64,000 bases of DNA from Azolla caroliniana (lineage: Eukaryota; Plantae; Polypodiophyta): contig JBHGNT010000018.1 in assembly GCA_043228905.1 (NCBI GenBank), positions 14,012,001 through 14,076,000 of the forward strand. Direction: 5' to 3'. The notes beneath the pieces were generated by a model that searched no databases, was not told the DNA's origin, and worked only from the letters and a program-made list of their open reading frames with translations. The stretch's first letter is position 1; every line of letters begins with the position of its first letter. Below, in pieces: positions 14,028-26,700 of this stretch. Position numbers and translations under genes: made by a program.

Positions 14028-14164
14028 TGCACAATGAACTTCTACTTTTAGAAACACCCTATAACTTCATATATAGCATTGATTACAAAAAATGTGACTA
14101 ACCTATGAATGATGGTCCCTATGTAGGGGGTGCTCACACACATGTCTAGGCTTATATTTCTAAC
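13815..14164 (-). repeat. Probable 3' LTR of old Copia A, containing a (TG)n(GA)n microsatellite
   Basis: Lies next to a minus-strand purine tract (aggaggagag, about 14164-14173) just downstream of the RNase H end. TGTTG at 13815; boundaries are approximate. Confidence 0.5.
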
Positions 14165-14329
14165 TCTCCTCCTAAAGCATAGGTTCTACAATACAGGATG
14201 GGCCACTCCACAAGTTCTTCATCTGGTATTTCTAATCGTTGCTTGCTATCGCTAGTCGTTGTACTCAGAGTCCTCTCTTTATGGACAATAAATATTCTAA
14301 TTCTAATTCTAATTCTAATTCCTAGAGCC

Positions 14330-16188
14330 TTTGTAAACACATCCCGGATTTGCAATTGTCTTGTGTTTACATGTACAAGATTAACATCATCGACAAGAAC
14401 TAGTTTTTTGATGAAGTGATAATGTATTTCAAAGTGATTTGTGCATGCATGAAACACATGGTTCTTAGTGAGGTGTCTACTACTCATGTTTAGGCATTAT
14501 ATCGTTGTTGTGATTGGCACTTTAGGATCCCTAGTTCAATTAGATATTGCTTAAGTGAGACAACTTGACACGATATCATTGTCACTCATTTGTATCCACT
14601 TATTTATTGGAGAGTGCAAGCATTGGTTGATTCTTTTCGCTCATGTTACTACTTTTCTACCTAGTGATACCATGTATCCACTAGTAGATCTTCTATATGT
14701 TGGGCTTCTCTCCCAATCAATATCTCTGTACCTGGTCAACCTAACTAGCGTTAATGCATCATCCTAGACTTCAAAGTCCACCATGGACTTAACTTGCCTC
14801 AAGATCCTCTTACCGCAATCCAAATGGGTCTTTCAAGGGTTCTACATGAATTGATTCACAAGTTTCAACATATAGCTTAGATTTGGATGGGTAATTCTAA
14901 GGTAGATCAATCTGCCCATGAACTTCATATACATGGTTGAGACCTCCAGAGTCCAACCTTGATCTAACATAGATACTTTGATCTCCACAATCTACTCTAG
15001 AGGGGGGGATATTCCTTTGCAATCCACCATGCTAAAATTCTTCATGAGTTTGGCAACATATTGATATTATGAGACCCGTATTCCATCTGTCGAGTGGATG
15101 GTCTAGATCCTTAGAAAGTGATGCTAGTATCGTAGATCTGTCATCTTAAACTTTTCTTCAAGCATGTTCTTCACTTCTTCAATTTGCTCCACTGTATTTG
15201 CTCCTTTTATGAGGTCATCGACATAGATGACCACAAATATGATGTCATCTTTGTCCTTATGGGCATATATTGAATGATTGAATGTCAACATTTGAAAATC
15301 AATACACTCCAACAAATCCGTTAGGTTGATGTACCAAGCTCATGGTGCTTGCTTCAAACCATAAAGCGCATTTCCTAATTGTACAGACTAGTTTAACATT
15401 ACCCCATTTCTCATATTCCTTGTGGTTGTTGCATATAGACTTCTTCTTGTAGTTCCCTTTGAAGGAATTCATTCTTCACATCCCTCTATTATAGTTCTAT
15501 TCCATGCTAACCGTGGTTTGTGCCGAATTTTTGCTCCGTCAGCATTATGCTTGACCTTGAATACTCACCTGCAACCTTTCGCTCTACCACCTAGAGATTG
15601 TTAGTGGAAAGGCATCCATTTCTTCTTCCATGCTTTGGTCCATTCCGGTTTTTAGTTAGCTTTATCAAAACTAGTAAACTCTATCTATTCCATTAATTTG
15701 GCCATATAAGCTTATTAATTCTTGGTCATGTAAACATCGTATCTATACCTCTGTATTGGATTCTTTGAGGAGGTTGATTTCTCGAGTTTTTGATGGCCAT
15801 TTCCAACATTTTCTTTATTCCTAGAGTTTGGATTTCTTGCACATCCAAGCCCTCATTTTAGGCTCGTCCTCTAACTCACTCCATCACATACTCCTTTGTG
15901 TATGAGTTACTACCCCAAGAGCTATTTTTCTCGTTTTCTTGCAAGCTCCCACTTGGGTTGCTCAATTCTTCTAGGACTTTTGTACTCCCACTAGTCGATC
16001 TACTCGCTTTGGGGTTATTAGAGTCATTAGATTCTAATCATCCATTATCGCTAGCACTATCTTGGTCATGGTCTTCTTCATCCAACTCTACTCTTGGTTC
16101 CTTGGTGTACCAAGAGCTCTCTTCATTGAATTGAATACTATATTTCTACATGTATGCATCTTCTTGGTTATTGAGTTGTAGCACATAT
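14330..16188 (-). pseudogene. Old Copia A: RT/RNase H remnant
   Basis: Motifs VIYVDDLI and HVFHACTNHFEIHYHFI. Joins 38865 once element B is removed, reading CAFMGYSKENKGYMCYNSITKK. Confidence 0.85.
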
Positions 16189-16612
16189 TGTTGAGAATCG
16201 AATCCGTTGATCCACAATAAGATACGCGGAAAACGTATAGACGAAAAGTGTTGAGCGAGCAAGCTCAACCGGATCCGGATCGGCTGGATAAGCCAGAGCT
16301 AGATCATATCAGGATCGGAGTTCGGATGGTATCCGGAACCAAGAGCTGGATCGGGATCGGGGAGCTGGATTGGAGAGCCGGACCCACGTGTGTACCGCTA
16401 AGCCGTTTAGAGGTCTACGCTTCTAGACTACTAGGTAGTCATGGTCCTCGTAGTTAGTGTTAGCTATTCGTATGAGCATTGAAGTACATAATACTTCTGT
16501 CAGTCCCTTGTGGACTTGTATAAAGAGTGCTCACTGAGCACATCCCATGTACAGAGTGTTATTATTTTGAATTTAGTTTATGCTTTCTGCTCTCTCTGTC
16601 TCTCCTATGTAT

Positions 16613-17056
16613 TGTCATGAACACATGACCATTATGGCGTCACCTGGACTTGAACCTCGAACCTTGTAATCCATACTTGAAAAGCTCAACCATTAAGATA
16701 GCTTATTGTTATATGAAACAATAAAAGCTACTTCTTGTATTACATTGATTATTGTAAAAACTCTAGATTATTCTAGAACGTTCTAGAATGTCCTAGAGCA
16801 TTCTAGGTCTAGAACATTCTAGAACATTCTAGAAATCTCTAAGCTATTCTATAGGAACCTATAAATAAGGGCATACATGTATTCTCAAATCAATTCGAAT
16901 CAATACCAGTCTTTAGCTCTCATTATATATCTTGTATCCATTCTCTTTCTTTCTCTATCTTATACATCCATTCTTCTCTTAGTATTTGGTTCCTTTCTTC
17001 TCGTGTTCTCTAATATCCTTCTTCCATCACTCTATCTTTTATCCTTGGTTCTGACA
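16613..17056 (+). mobile_element. Solo LTR related to the Tf1/Tcn1-type LTR at 39498
   Basis: TGTCA...TGACA termini and TSD TGTAT (16608-16612, 17057-17061). Same layout as 39498-39979: tRNA-like boxes, HSE array, TATAAATA, CT-rich U5. Confidence 0.9.
16761..16835 (+). promoter_or_regulatory. Heat-shock element array (alternating nGAAn/nTTCn) upstream of a TATA box
   Basis: TTCtaGAAcgTTCtaGAA (4 units) and GAAcaTTCtaGAAcaTTCtaGAA (5 units); TATAAATA at 16860. Confidence 0.75.
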
Positions 17057-20000
17057 TGTATTCTCTGTTCCTAAGCTTCCATTAAACCTTCATTCTCTAT
17101 TTTATGTTACTATCTGGATAAACCGGTTTGTCAAAGCTTCCGCGTATTAACTTTGACATTGTATTAGAGCGCGAGGGTTGAGAACCTCCATTGTCAACGA
17201 GCGATTACTGAAGACAACCCCTAAGACCTGGTAAAGAGCGAAAGATGGACAGAGGTATGGCAAGCTCGCTTTCGATAGAGAAGCTTGACAGACACAACTA
17301 TGCATCCTAGTCATACAAGATGCACAAGTATCTGCTCGGACATGCATAGTGGAGTTATGTGGAGAGTGCGAATGAAATAGCGTCGGAGTTGTCACAGAAG
17401 GAGTTCTCAACATGGGAACATGGAGCAAGTAGAGTTCTATACTGCCTTGTGTCCTCCATGCACAACCGAATGATTGGCTACATTAGAGATGCTAAGACGC
17501 CGAAATAGGCTTGGGAAATATGAAAAAGATTTTCGCCGCAAGCGCAAGCTACAACCTCGGCAAGAACTGAACAATATCCGACAAAAGGATATGTCAGTTT
17601 TAGACTACACCGCAAAGATAAGGAGATTTGCGATGCATTAGGGTCCATTGATGTCACGATAGACGAGGATGAAATGGTTCAAATCTGCCTCGGTGGTCTG
17701 GCTCAATGGTACGAACCCATCCGGATCGTTATTCTCACCCGGGAGAAACCACCGTCCTTCTTCGACCTGCAATCGATGCTCATGGTCGAAGAAAACCACG
17801 CGAGTGGGTCAAGGACCACTCAATCGAACAACAGGATGTTGTAGATGGAGGCGGATTGGCCCCTTTTGCGTGGAGGATGAGGTAGACCGACACGCAATGC
17901 AAGCGGCCGACAAGAGCAGAACCAGAGGCACAAAGATAGTGCCGACAACAGTCCGGACCCTCCACTAGTAGGGGGAGTCAAGGCGGCACTAGAAACTGTC
18001 AAGGGAAAACCGCCACGAAATGCTGGTACTATGGCAAGAAAGGCCACCGGGAAAGCGAGTTTTAGAAGAAGTGCACCGATTCGGATAAATCCGGATCCGG
18101 CAAGGCTAAACAAGGAAACCGACAAACCTCACACTACACTGAAGGATCAGAAGGATCTGGAACTGGTAAGGCCGAAAAAGGGCCAACCTTTTTGATGATC
18201 CACAAGGCGAACTTGATGCAGAAGATCACTTCCAAATCAGAGGCAGTGTGGTATGTTGACTTTGGAGCATCTAACCACAAGATGAGACACGAAGAGTGTT
18301 TCTTGTTTCTGGAAAAGCCGGAGCAACCGAGAGTTGTCGAAACCGGATACGACACTCACCCGATTGTGCATGTTGGACGAAAGGGAAAGCTGATGAACGT
18401 ACTACATGTTCTGACAATCACAAAGAACTTAGTGTCGGTCGGGCAGATTGTGGACCAGGGATGCCGGTGCGGTTCACGCACCAGGGGTGGTTCATAGAGG
18501 AAGAAGGCCGGATAAGCGCGCAAGGGTGCAGGGATGGGAGGATGTTCATCCTCGACACCAACGACGTCGACACCTCTATGTTTGCAAAAGGACAGAAAGA
18601 TAGAATTAGACATCGATCTCTGGCACACGCGGATCGGCCATGTCAACTACCGAAGGCTTCAGGACCTGCAATCGAAACAAGTTTTTTTTGGATTGCTGAA
18701 TGTTAGTGGCTGGAAGGCCCAAATTTGTGAAGTTTGCCAACTCGGGAAGCAATATTGACTTCCCTTCCCCACCGAAAGAAACCGGAGCCGTAACAAGCTC
18801 AATCTAATACTTTCGGATGTATGGGGACCGACACAAAACGTTAGTCTTGGCGGGAGCCGATATTTTGTCTCCTTAATCGACGACTACAACCGACACACAT
18901 GGATCTACCTAATCGAAAGGAAAAGTGAAGTTTTCGACTATTTCCGGAACTTGCAAAGTCTAGTTGAACGGGAAACGAAAGGAAGATCAAGTGGCTATGG
19001 TAGGATGGTAGAAAATAATATTTTTCCGGCCAATTCAACAGTTATCTGCAACAAATGGGAATTAGGAGAGAATTTAGTTGCAAATAGACACCGAAACAAA
19101 ATAGTGTGGCTGAAAGAAAGAACCGGTCGATTGTCGACGCAGCAAGGGCAATGCTAGAGGAGAAGAGCATGCCCAAGTTTTACTGGGCTGAGGTGGTCCG
19201 GGCGGCCATCTACATCCAAAACCAGATTGAGGATAAGGTGTCAGCACACTAGCTGTATTTCAGGCGGAAGCCGAACATGAGGCACCTTAGGATATTTGGT
19301 AGCATGGCCTATGTGCATGTACCGAATGAGAAGTGAAGGAAGCTGGACCCAAAGTCGGAGAGAAGGGGTATAAGTGCTATAACCCCCAGACAAAACAAGT
19401 TTGAGTAGGCCAAGATGTCGAATTTGATGAGTCGGCATCATGGTACTCTCTACTGGCTCCGACCAGATTCCGGAGGATGAGGACAGTGAACCCAAAATGA
19501 TCTGGGCAAAAGAAGAAGAAGACTTTGGTACTCAAGATGAGAGTCCGATCTCATTTCGGCTGAGCAGGCCGAATGAAGCGAGTCAGAATGACCAACAAGA
19601 TGATAAGTCAATGAGTAGTGATGACTTGGTTGTGCTCTCCCCGTGTAAGGAATCGAGGAGACAGTTCACACGCAAGGAAAAGGGGAAGAAGAAGATGCCG
19701 GAGTATGACACTGGCATAGACGAGTCAGATCAGAGTGAATCCGACTCCGGACGGACCTTCCGGAATGAAGTTCAAGTCGGCCAAGAGGGCCTTGCAATTG
19801 GCAAACTTGAAATTATTCCAATTGTCCCGCCAAAAGAACCCTGTCAAAAGGTACGGATATAATGAGTAGATGGCACATCACGAAAGTGGCGGAAGTGCGT
19901 GAGCCGAATAGCTACACAGAAGCGGCGAAAGATGTTAATTGTGTCTTGGTTGACCCTCCCCGACATTGCAAACCGATTGGCTGGAAGTGGGTGTAAAAGT

Positions 20001-21179
20001 AAAGTATAATGCCAACGGTTCGGTCAACCAGTGCAAGGCCCAACTAGTGGCCAAAAGATATGCAAAGAGCCACAAAATCAACTATGAAGAGACCTTTGCT
20101 CTGGTAGCGAAGATGACAATGGTCTGTGTGGTGCTGGCAGTCGTTGCGGCAAGGGGGTGGCATCTTCACCAAATGGATATAGGTCTATATGATCCAACCC
20201 CCTGGTTTCAGTCAGAGATGAACAAGTCGGCAATGTGTCGGCTCAAGAAGTCCCTTTACGGCCTGAAGCAAGCCCCCCTATGCTTGGAATTCGAAGATTA
20301 CACACCGGTTGCGTAGGATGGCGTTTGCGGCCTCAAAGTTGAACTCTTTGTTGTTCATCCGGAAAGGTCTGGAAGGTTTGGTATGTATCTTGTTATACGT
20401 GGATGATCTAGTCATCACCGGAACTAGCCTTCCTGAAATTGGCCAAGTAATGTCCCAGGTCTCGGATGCATTTGAAAGGAAGGACCTAGAGACCTTCATT
20501 ATTTTCTAGAGATCGAGGTAATCTATACCCCCAATAACATATTGCTCTCACAACGACATTATGTGCTTAATATGCTTTACAAGTTCGGCATGACGGATTG
20601 CAGATTGATCTCCGCACCCCTGGACTAGAATATGAAGCTATGTCCTGACTCCGGACTGGCCTGCAATGAGAAACGGTTCCGATAGATTGTCGGAAGCCTT
20701 ATGTACTTAACTATCACCCAACCCGACATCAGTTATCCGTTCGGAGTGATTAGCCAATTCATGTAGAAGTCGACCATGGATAGGGGTCTGTTATACCGAC
20801 ACGGTATAGTTGAAAAGCTAGTAAGATATACAGATGCCGACTAGGCTAGTGAATCAGATCGGCGATCCACCTCCTTATACATGTTCTCTCTTGGTAGCAC
20901 GATTGTTGCATGGAGTAGCAAAAGCAGCCAACGGTAGCTCTGTCGAGCACGGAAGCTGAGTATCGGGGTGCCACCATTACCACCTATGAAGCTATATGGC
21001 TTCGGCAGCTGCTGCAAGACCTTCGAATTGCGGAAACAACCCCGATCCTGATCTATTGTGAGAACATAAGAAACATATAGCTTGCAAAGAACCCCATCTT
21101 TCATGCTCGGACAAAGCACATAGAAGTACATTATCACTTTGTGCATGAGCGGGTCCTATGCGGTGAAGTTGAACTTTGG

Positions 21180-21468
21180 TATGTTCACACGGATCGGTAG
21201 GTTGCTGACATCTTCACCAAGCCACTCGGATCAGACAAGTTGCAGCACTTCTCGGAGATGCTCGGTCTCCAGCATCTTAACGTGCTACACTTGAGGGGGA
21301 GAATGGAGACAAGTAATGGCACCGAACAAGTTGACAAGTAATGGTATGTTCACACGGATCGGTAGGTTGTTGACATCTTCACCAAGCCGCTTGGATCAGA
21401 CAAGTTGCAGCACTTCTCGGAGATGCTCGGTCTCCAGCATCTTAACGTGCTACACTTGAAGGAGAGAA
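21180..21468 (+). repeat. About 120-bp direct duplication of the Copia C RNase H end
   Basis: tatgttcacacggatcggtagg...gtgctacacttga occurs at about 21180-21300 and 21345-21465. Confidence 0.9.
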
Positions 21469-23762
21469 CCAAGAAAAAGGGAGTCGAGTTGACTGACGAA
21501 GTCAACACATTTGATAAAGTCAGAACAAATGGTGATGGAGGCAGAGTCAAGAAGGGTAGAGCCTACGGCAAGGAGAAGGCCAAGACTTGGACGTGGTTAG
21601 GCGTGGTGAAGGGCCTAAAGGTTGAAGACGAATTGGAGACAACCAATTCGGACAAGAGCTAGAATGAATTGGAGGCAGCTGATTCGCGAGAGGAGTTTGA
21701 TTTGGAGGAGCCGAATCAACTAGTGGCCAAACAAACAAGAAGGCAACGGAAGTCAACACCAACATGGAGGAACCGACGGGTCGAGAAGCGCTGAAGTCGC
21801 AATAACGAAGGAGTTGAGATGGGCGTGTTGAGCTGACAAGCTGACAGAGGAGTGCAGAACCAGACGGGTTGCGGAAGGAGGAACTGGACCGGACGAGGAG
21901 TGTGAGGATGCTAGAAGGAGCCGGACGAAAGAACCGGCTACCCCAAACACTAACAACCCTCAAGCTTAGTGTTGAGCGAGCAAGCTTAACCGGTTCCGAA
22001 TCGGCTGGATAAGCCAGAGCCGGATTGTATCCGGATCGGTGTCAGGATCTAGGAGCCGGATTAGGATTGGGGAGCCGGGTCGGAGAGCCGGACCCATGTG
22101 TGTACCGGTAGGCCGTTTAGAGGTCTATGCTTCTAGACTACTAGGTAGTCATGGTTCTTGTAGTTAGTGTCAACCGCTTGTATGAGGATTGAAGTACATA
22201 GTACTTCTGTTAGTCCCTTGTGGACTTGTATAAAGAGTGCTCACTGAGCACATCCCATGTATAGTGTTATTATTTTGAATTTAGTTTATGCTTTTTACTC
22301 TCTCTCTGTCTCTCTTGTTTATTCTCTATTCTTAAGCTTCCATTAAACCTTCATTCTCTGTTTTTTGTTACTATCCGGATAAACCAATTTATCAAAGCTT
22401 CTGCGTATTAACTTTGACAAAAAGCAAAACAACAAAGTACACAATGATGCACATTGTTTTATGTGGAAACCCTAAACTGGGAAAACCATGGGAAACAGAG
22501 ATCCACTATACAAGAGAATACAGAAAACAGTTACAAATCTTCTCTGATGATCTCAAAGGATAACCCACTTAGGGTTCTTATCAAGTTCATTGAACTTTGT
22601 CGCCGCTCTCTCACTCACTCTACTCTCTCTTCTCTATCAGTCTTTGCAATAGAGGCTCACAACAACTCTTTTTGTTCTACTCACTCTATGTTTGCCCTAA
22701 GTGTATTTATACTAATACATAGCATGGTCTATTTACAAATGTAGCCACAACTATTGTAATTCCTATTATTATACGAAGTAACAACAATAGTTAATTAGCC
22801 GACTGGTTGACTAGTCGATTCTACTAGCCGACTACTATGTCGACTATCCAGTCGGCCCGACTAGTCAATCGTGTCTTTGACCTAGATCACTTTGGATATT
22901 GTCAACTCTCCATGTCGACTTCCCCTTGTCTTTGATAGTTGGCTACTCCTTGTCTCCAACTGTCGGCTCTTACTTAGCCGAACAATCGGCTCCTCCCACA
23001 AGAGGAACATATTCCTAGCAAACTCCCCCTTCACTCCTGTGGGTGGGGTTAGTTAGTCCTGCCCTTTGTCGACAAACTCCGAGTCTGTCTATCGGTAGAT
23101 GCTTCGTCAACATGTTGGATTCATTGTCGTCAGTATGGATCTTCACGAGAGTAAACTCTCCTTCCTCCAATTTCTCCCACAACCATTGATATCTCCTCTG
23201 TATATGTTTGGCTTGGGAGTGGTACAAAACATTCTTTGCTAGATGTATGGCGTTCTACATGTAGGAATGTAGCAAGAACTCCCTTTGCTTCATTCCCAGT
23301 TCACTGAGAGATCTTCTCATCCAAATCAGCTCTTTGCCGGCCTCTATTGCTGCCATGTACTCTGCCTCTATGGTCGACAAGGTCATAGACTTCTGCAATC
23401 GTGACTGCCACGACATTGCTTGAGTCTACGTCCCCCGACATGTTTGAGTAGGTAAACCCTTCGAGCATAGGTTCTTCGATACCAAAGCTTAGGCTTACCC
23501 TTGAGGTGCCGTTCAAGTACTGGAGTATACATTTGATGGCTTGCCAGTGTTCAAGTCCCGGATTACTCATATATCGGCTTACTATCCCTACAATAAATGC
23601 TATATCTGGTCTCGTACAGACCATAACATACATCAAACTACCGACGGACGAAGCATATGCTACTTTCCTCATCTCAGCCTTTTGTTTCTCCCCTCTTGGG
23701 CATTGCTTAACATTTACCTTGCAATTTGTCGGCAACACAAAGCCAACTGACTTTGCTCCTGA

Positions 23763-26700
23763 TGTCGTGGTGTGGCTCGCCCAGAAGCATCACGTTGCAT
23801 AGTCAAAAGATAACGTGAAAGTGAGGAAGAAATCATTGGGATTTTGGATGGAAGAAACGAAAGAGTAGAGATAGAGTAAATAGTGATCATCAAGGTATGA
23901 CAAGATAGGATGTAAAATGATAATTGAGGGAATGTAAGAAATTTATAATTATTTCATGAAAGAGTTACAAAATGGTTGCGAGTGTTGTTGAACCGTCAAA
24001 CTTTGTCTCACAAGGCAGCCACTCTTCTCTTTCTTGATAGTAGACCACAATCTTCCCTTCTATCTTTCAATGAGGATAAGCCTCGAAACTCCGCCTTTTC
24101 GTTGTGAGTTGAGCACTGCCGCCGCCAAGCTAGTTCTTCTCTTGTCTTTTAAAGATTGTATATAGCTTTTACCTTCTCTCCCTCGTTCTCTATTGTGATA
24201 TCTCTTAAAATATAATTTCGCTCAATTCCATACAATAATTCTATTCAATATGATTGATTGATTCCTTGATATCCTTGTGACTATACTCCCTTCCCCTTTT
24301 ATGGGAAGGGGAGGGTTTTGCATGTGGGCTGTATGTCACACATGTAAAGAGGGCTCTTGCATGTGTGTTATATGGTGCACATGTAGTACGTTACATGGTT
24401 TAGACTATACATTATCAATTCAAATAATATAATATACAAAGATATATGAATCATGGATATTGGGTAAATGGTAAGGTTGAGACTTGTAAGGTAGATGGTG
24501 TTGTTCAAGTCCTCTCTTGCCAATGGTATATGGTGCACATGTAGTACATTATATCGTTTATGGTTTAAACCATACAATACTACAAATAAAACAACACACG
24601 TAGTTTGAGAGTGATAAGGTGGGGGTTATTGGTTTACTGGTTCAAGTCCTCTCTTGTCCACGTAATGTAATATATATATATTTTATTTGCCTCTACATAT
24701 AATGCATAATATTATCATAGTGTGTTGTTAATATTATCTTTATGTATAAAACATTATCAAGATTTATTTTATTTTAGTTAACGTATCTATCTTATTGTAG
24801 ACTTTTAATGTGAAGCTTTCGACTTCACGACATCCACCCCCTCTAGACCTGCACATGCTCTGGCATGTGCCACTATCTTTCATCTTCATGTTGATCAATT
24901 GGAGGAGGTTCAAGCGCAAACCTTTTTTAAAATATTTTATCCTCTTTCCAGCTACCACGTTTAGGATTAGTGTCCCATCCAATTCACTAAGCTTATAGGT
25001 AAAGTTATCATATACTTTTTTACTGTGTAGGGCCCAAACCATCTTTCAACGAACTTGCGGATAGTGCTATGTTGATTATCCAAACTGCTATCATACACAA
25101 GCAGCCAATCCCCCTCTTCTATTTTCTTAGGCCGAATTCTGTGAGTTTTATCAAAGCGAATTTTATTCTTCAGTCTGGCCTCCAATCTTTGGGCTGCTAA
25201 TTTTATATCTTCAGGTCGACGCTCTAATTGTTGAATCGACGCTCTAATTGTTGAATTCGCAAAGCAAGAAATTCTTCTCTGTTCACCTCTTCTCTCCATG
25301 GAATAGATATCCATGACATAATTGATTCTTCTATTGGCATGATGGGCTTTTGGCCAAGTATCAATTCAGCTGGCATGTATCCTGTTACCGAACTATGCGT
25401 TGTTCGATCTGCCCATAGTGCATAAGGTAACATGCGTGGCCAATCTCTTCTTTTACCTTTGCAGCTTTTCACAATCGCCTTAACTATTGGGCTATGCCCT
25501 CTTTCAATCTTTCCATTGCCTTCTGGATTATAAGTAGTTGTAAGTGATAACTTGACCCCTATCCGACTGAAGAATTGTCTAGCTTCATTAGAATCAAGTT
25601 CACCTCTATCTACAATTATTTTATCAAGAATTGTCTATTTGACTGAAGAATAGTTGAATACCTCTGACAGACTTCACAACATTCCACAAATTTTATTACA
25701 TCTTTATACATATGTGTCCACCAATACTTTTCTTTCAACTTCATAAATGTCGCCCATATGCCTCTATGTGCTGCCCACAAACTATCATGGAATTCAGTAA
25801 TTAATTTTATCTTAATATCATCCTTACAAATGACTCAAAAAGGATTTTCGGTTGGCCTTTTTGGGCGCCTCCATAAATGCCCTTTATGTAGAAAAAACTT
25901 GAATGCCCTTCTTTGAAATTCATTTAATTGTTTCTTCGGCCATGATGGGTTGACTTCTTGAGCGTTTAAAAAAAATCCTATTTTTAACCATTGACCTTCA
26001 TATTCCGTGTCTTTGAACATCATACTTACATTAAACTCATAATGAGGCTCAATAGATACTTGATGAGAAACTTGATGGCTTTTAGTTGCCCAGTTCTTAT
26101 CTTTAGTTTGCATCACCTTTTCATTTATGAACCTTGCTCTTGATAGCATATCTGCGACATGGTTCTCTTTGCCCTTTATATGCCTCAATGATGGGTTCAT
26201 GGTTTTGATGTATGCAATCGACATAAGCATTGCAATATCTGGTGTCTTGCAACTTGCTATCATTTCGATGAGTGGCAAACAATCTGTTTCAACCACTACA
26301 TTCGTTGCAATCAAGTAATCTCTATCTGTTTTTAATGCAGTAAGCAAACTCCACAATTCTCGTTGAACTTTTGCATAATTTCTTTGTCTATCATTTAATA
26401 TCTTTGCTCCAAACTTGATAGCATATCGATGTTGCTCTTCATCTTCTTGGTTGATAACCCAACCGATTACAATTGGGCTAGTATCAACTGTCATTATAAT
26501 TAGTTTTTCACCTTTGTAGTCTGGTTGGCGAAGAACTGGAGTTTTCAATAATGCTTCTTTCAATTGTTGAACAACTTGTGTATGTTCATTAGTCCAAATA
26601 AACTTCTTCCCTTTTCTTAAAAGTTGGTAGAGAGGATCTGAGACATGTGCAAAGTGTGGTAACCAAATATGATAAAACACACATGCACCTAAAAATCTTC

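Larger units (their letters stand above)
16249..22419 (+). mobile_element. Copia C, full-length degenerate, inserted in the 3' LTR of B
   Basis: TSD AAAAG (16244-16248, 22420-22424). LTRs 16249-17158 (split by a solo LTR) and 21970-22419. Decayed iMet PBS ttgtattagagc at 17159-17170. Motifs WYVDFGASNH, LWHTRIGH and LLYVDDLVITG. Confidence 0.92.

Noticed and set aside
16635-16706. Functional tRNA gene (also 39520-39590)
   Set aside because: T, acceptor and anticodon stems do not pair properly; kept only as a tRNA-like promoter cassette.
24500-24657. B-box-like gttcaagtcc twice in the Gypsy D LTR
   Set aside because: Part of a local internal duplication with no convincing A-box at suitable spacing.
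25217-25258. 20-bp tandem duplication shifting the frame in the D integrase
   Set aside because: Ordinary post-insertion slippage mutation, not programmed recoding.
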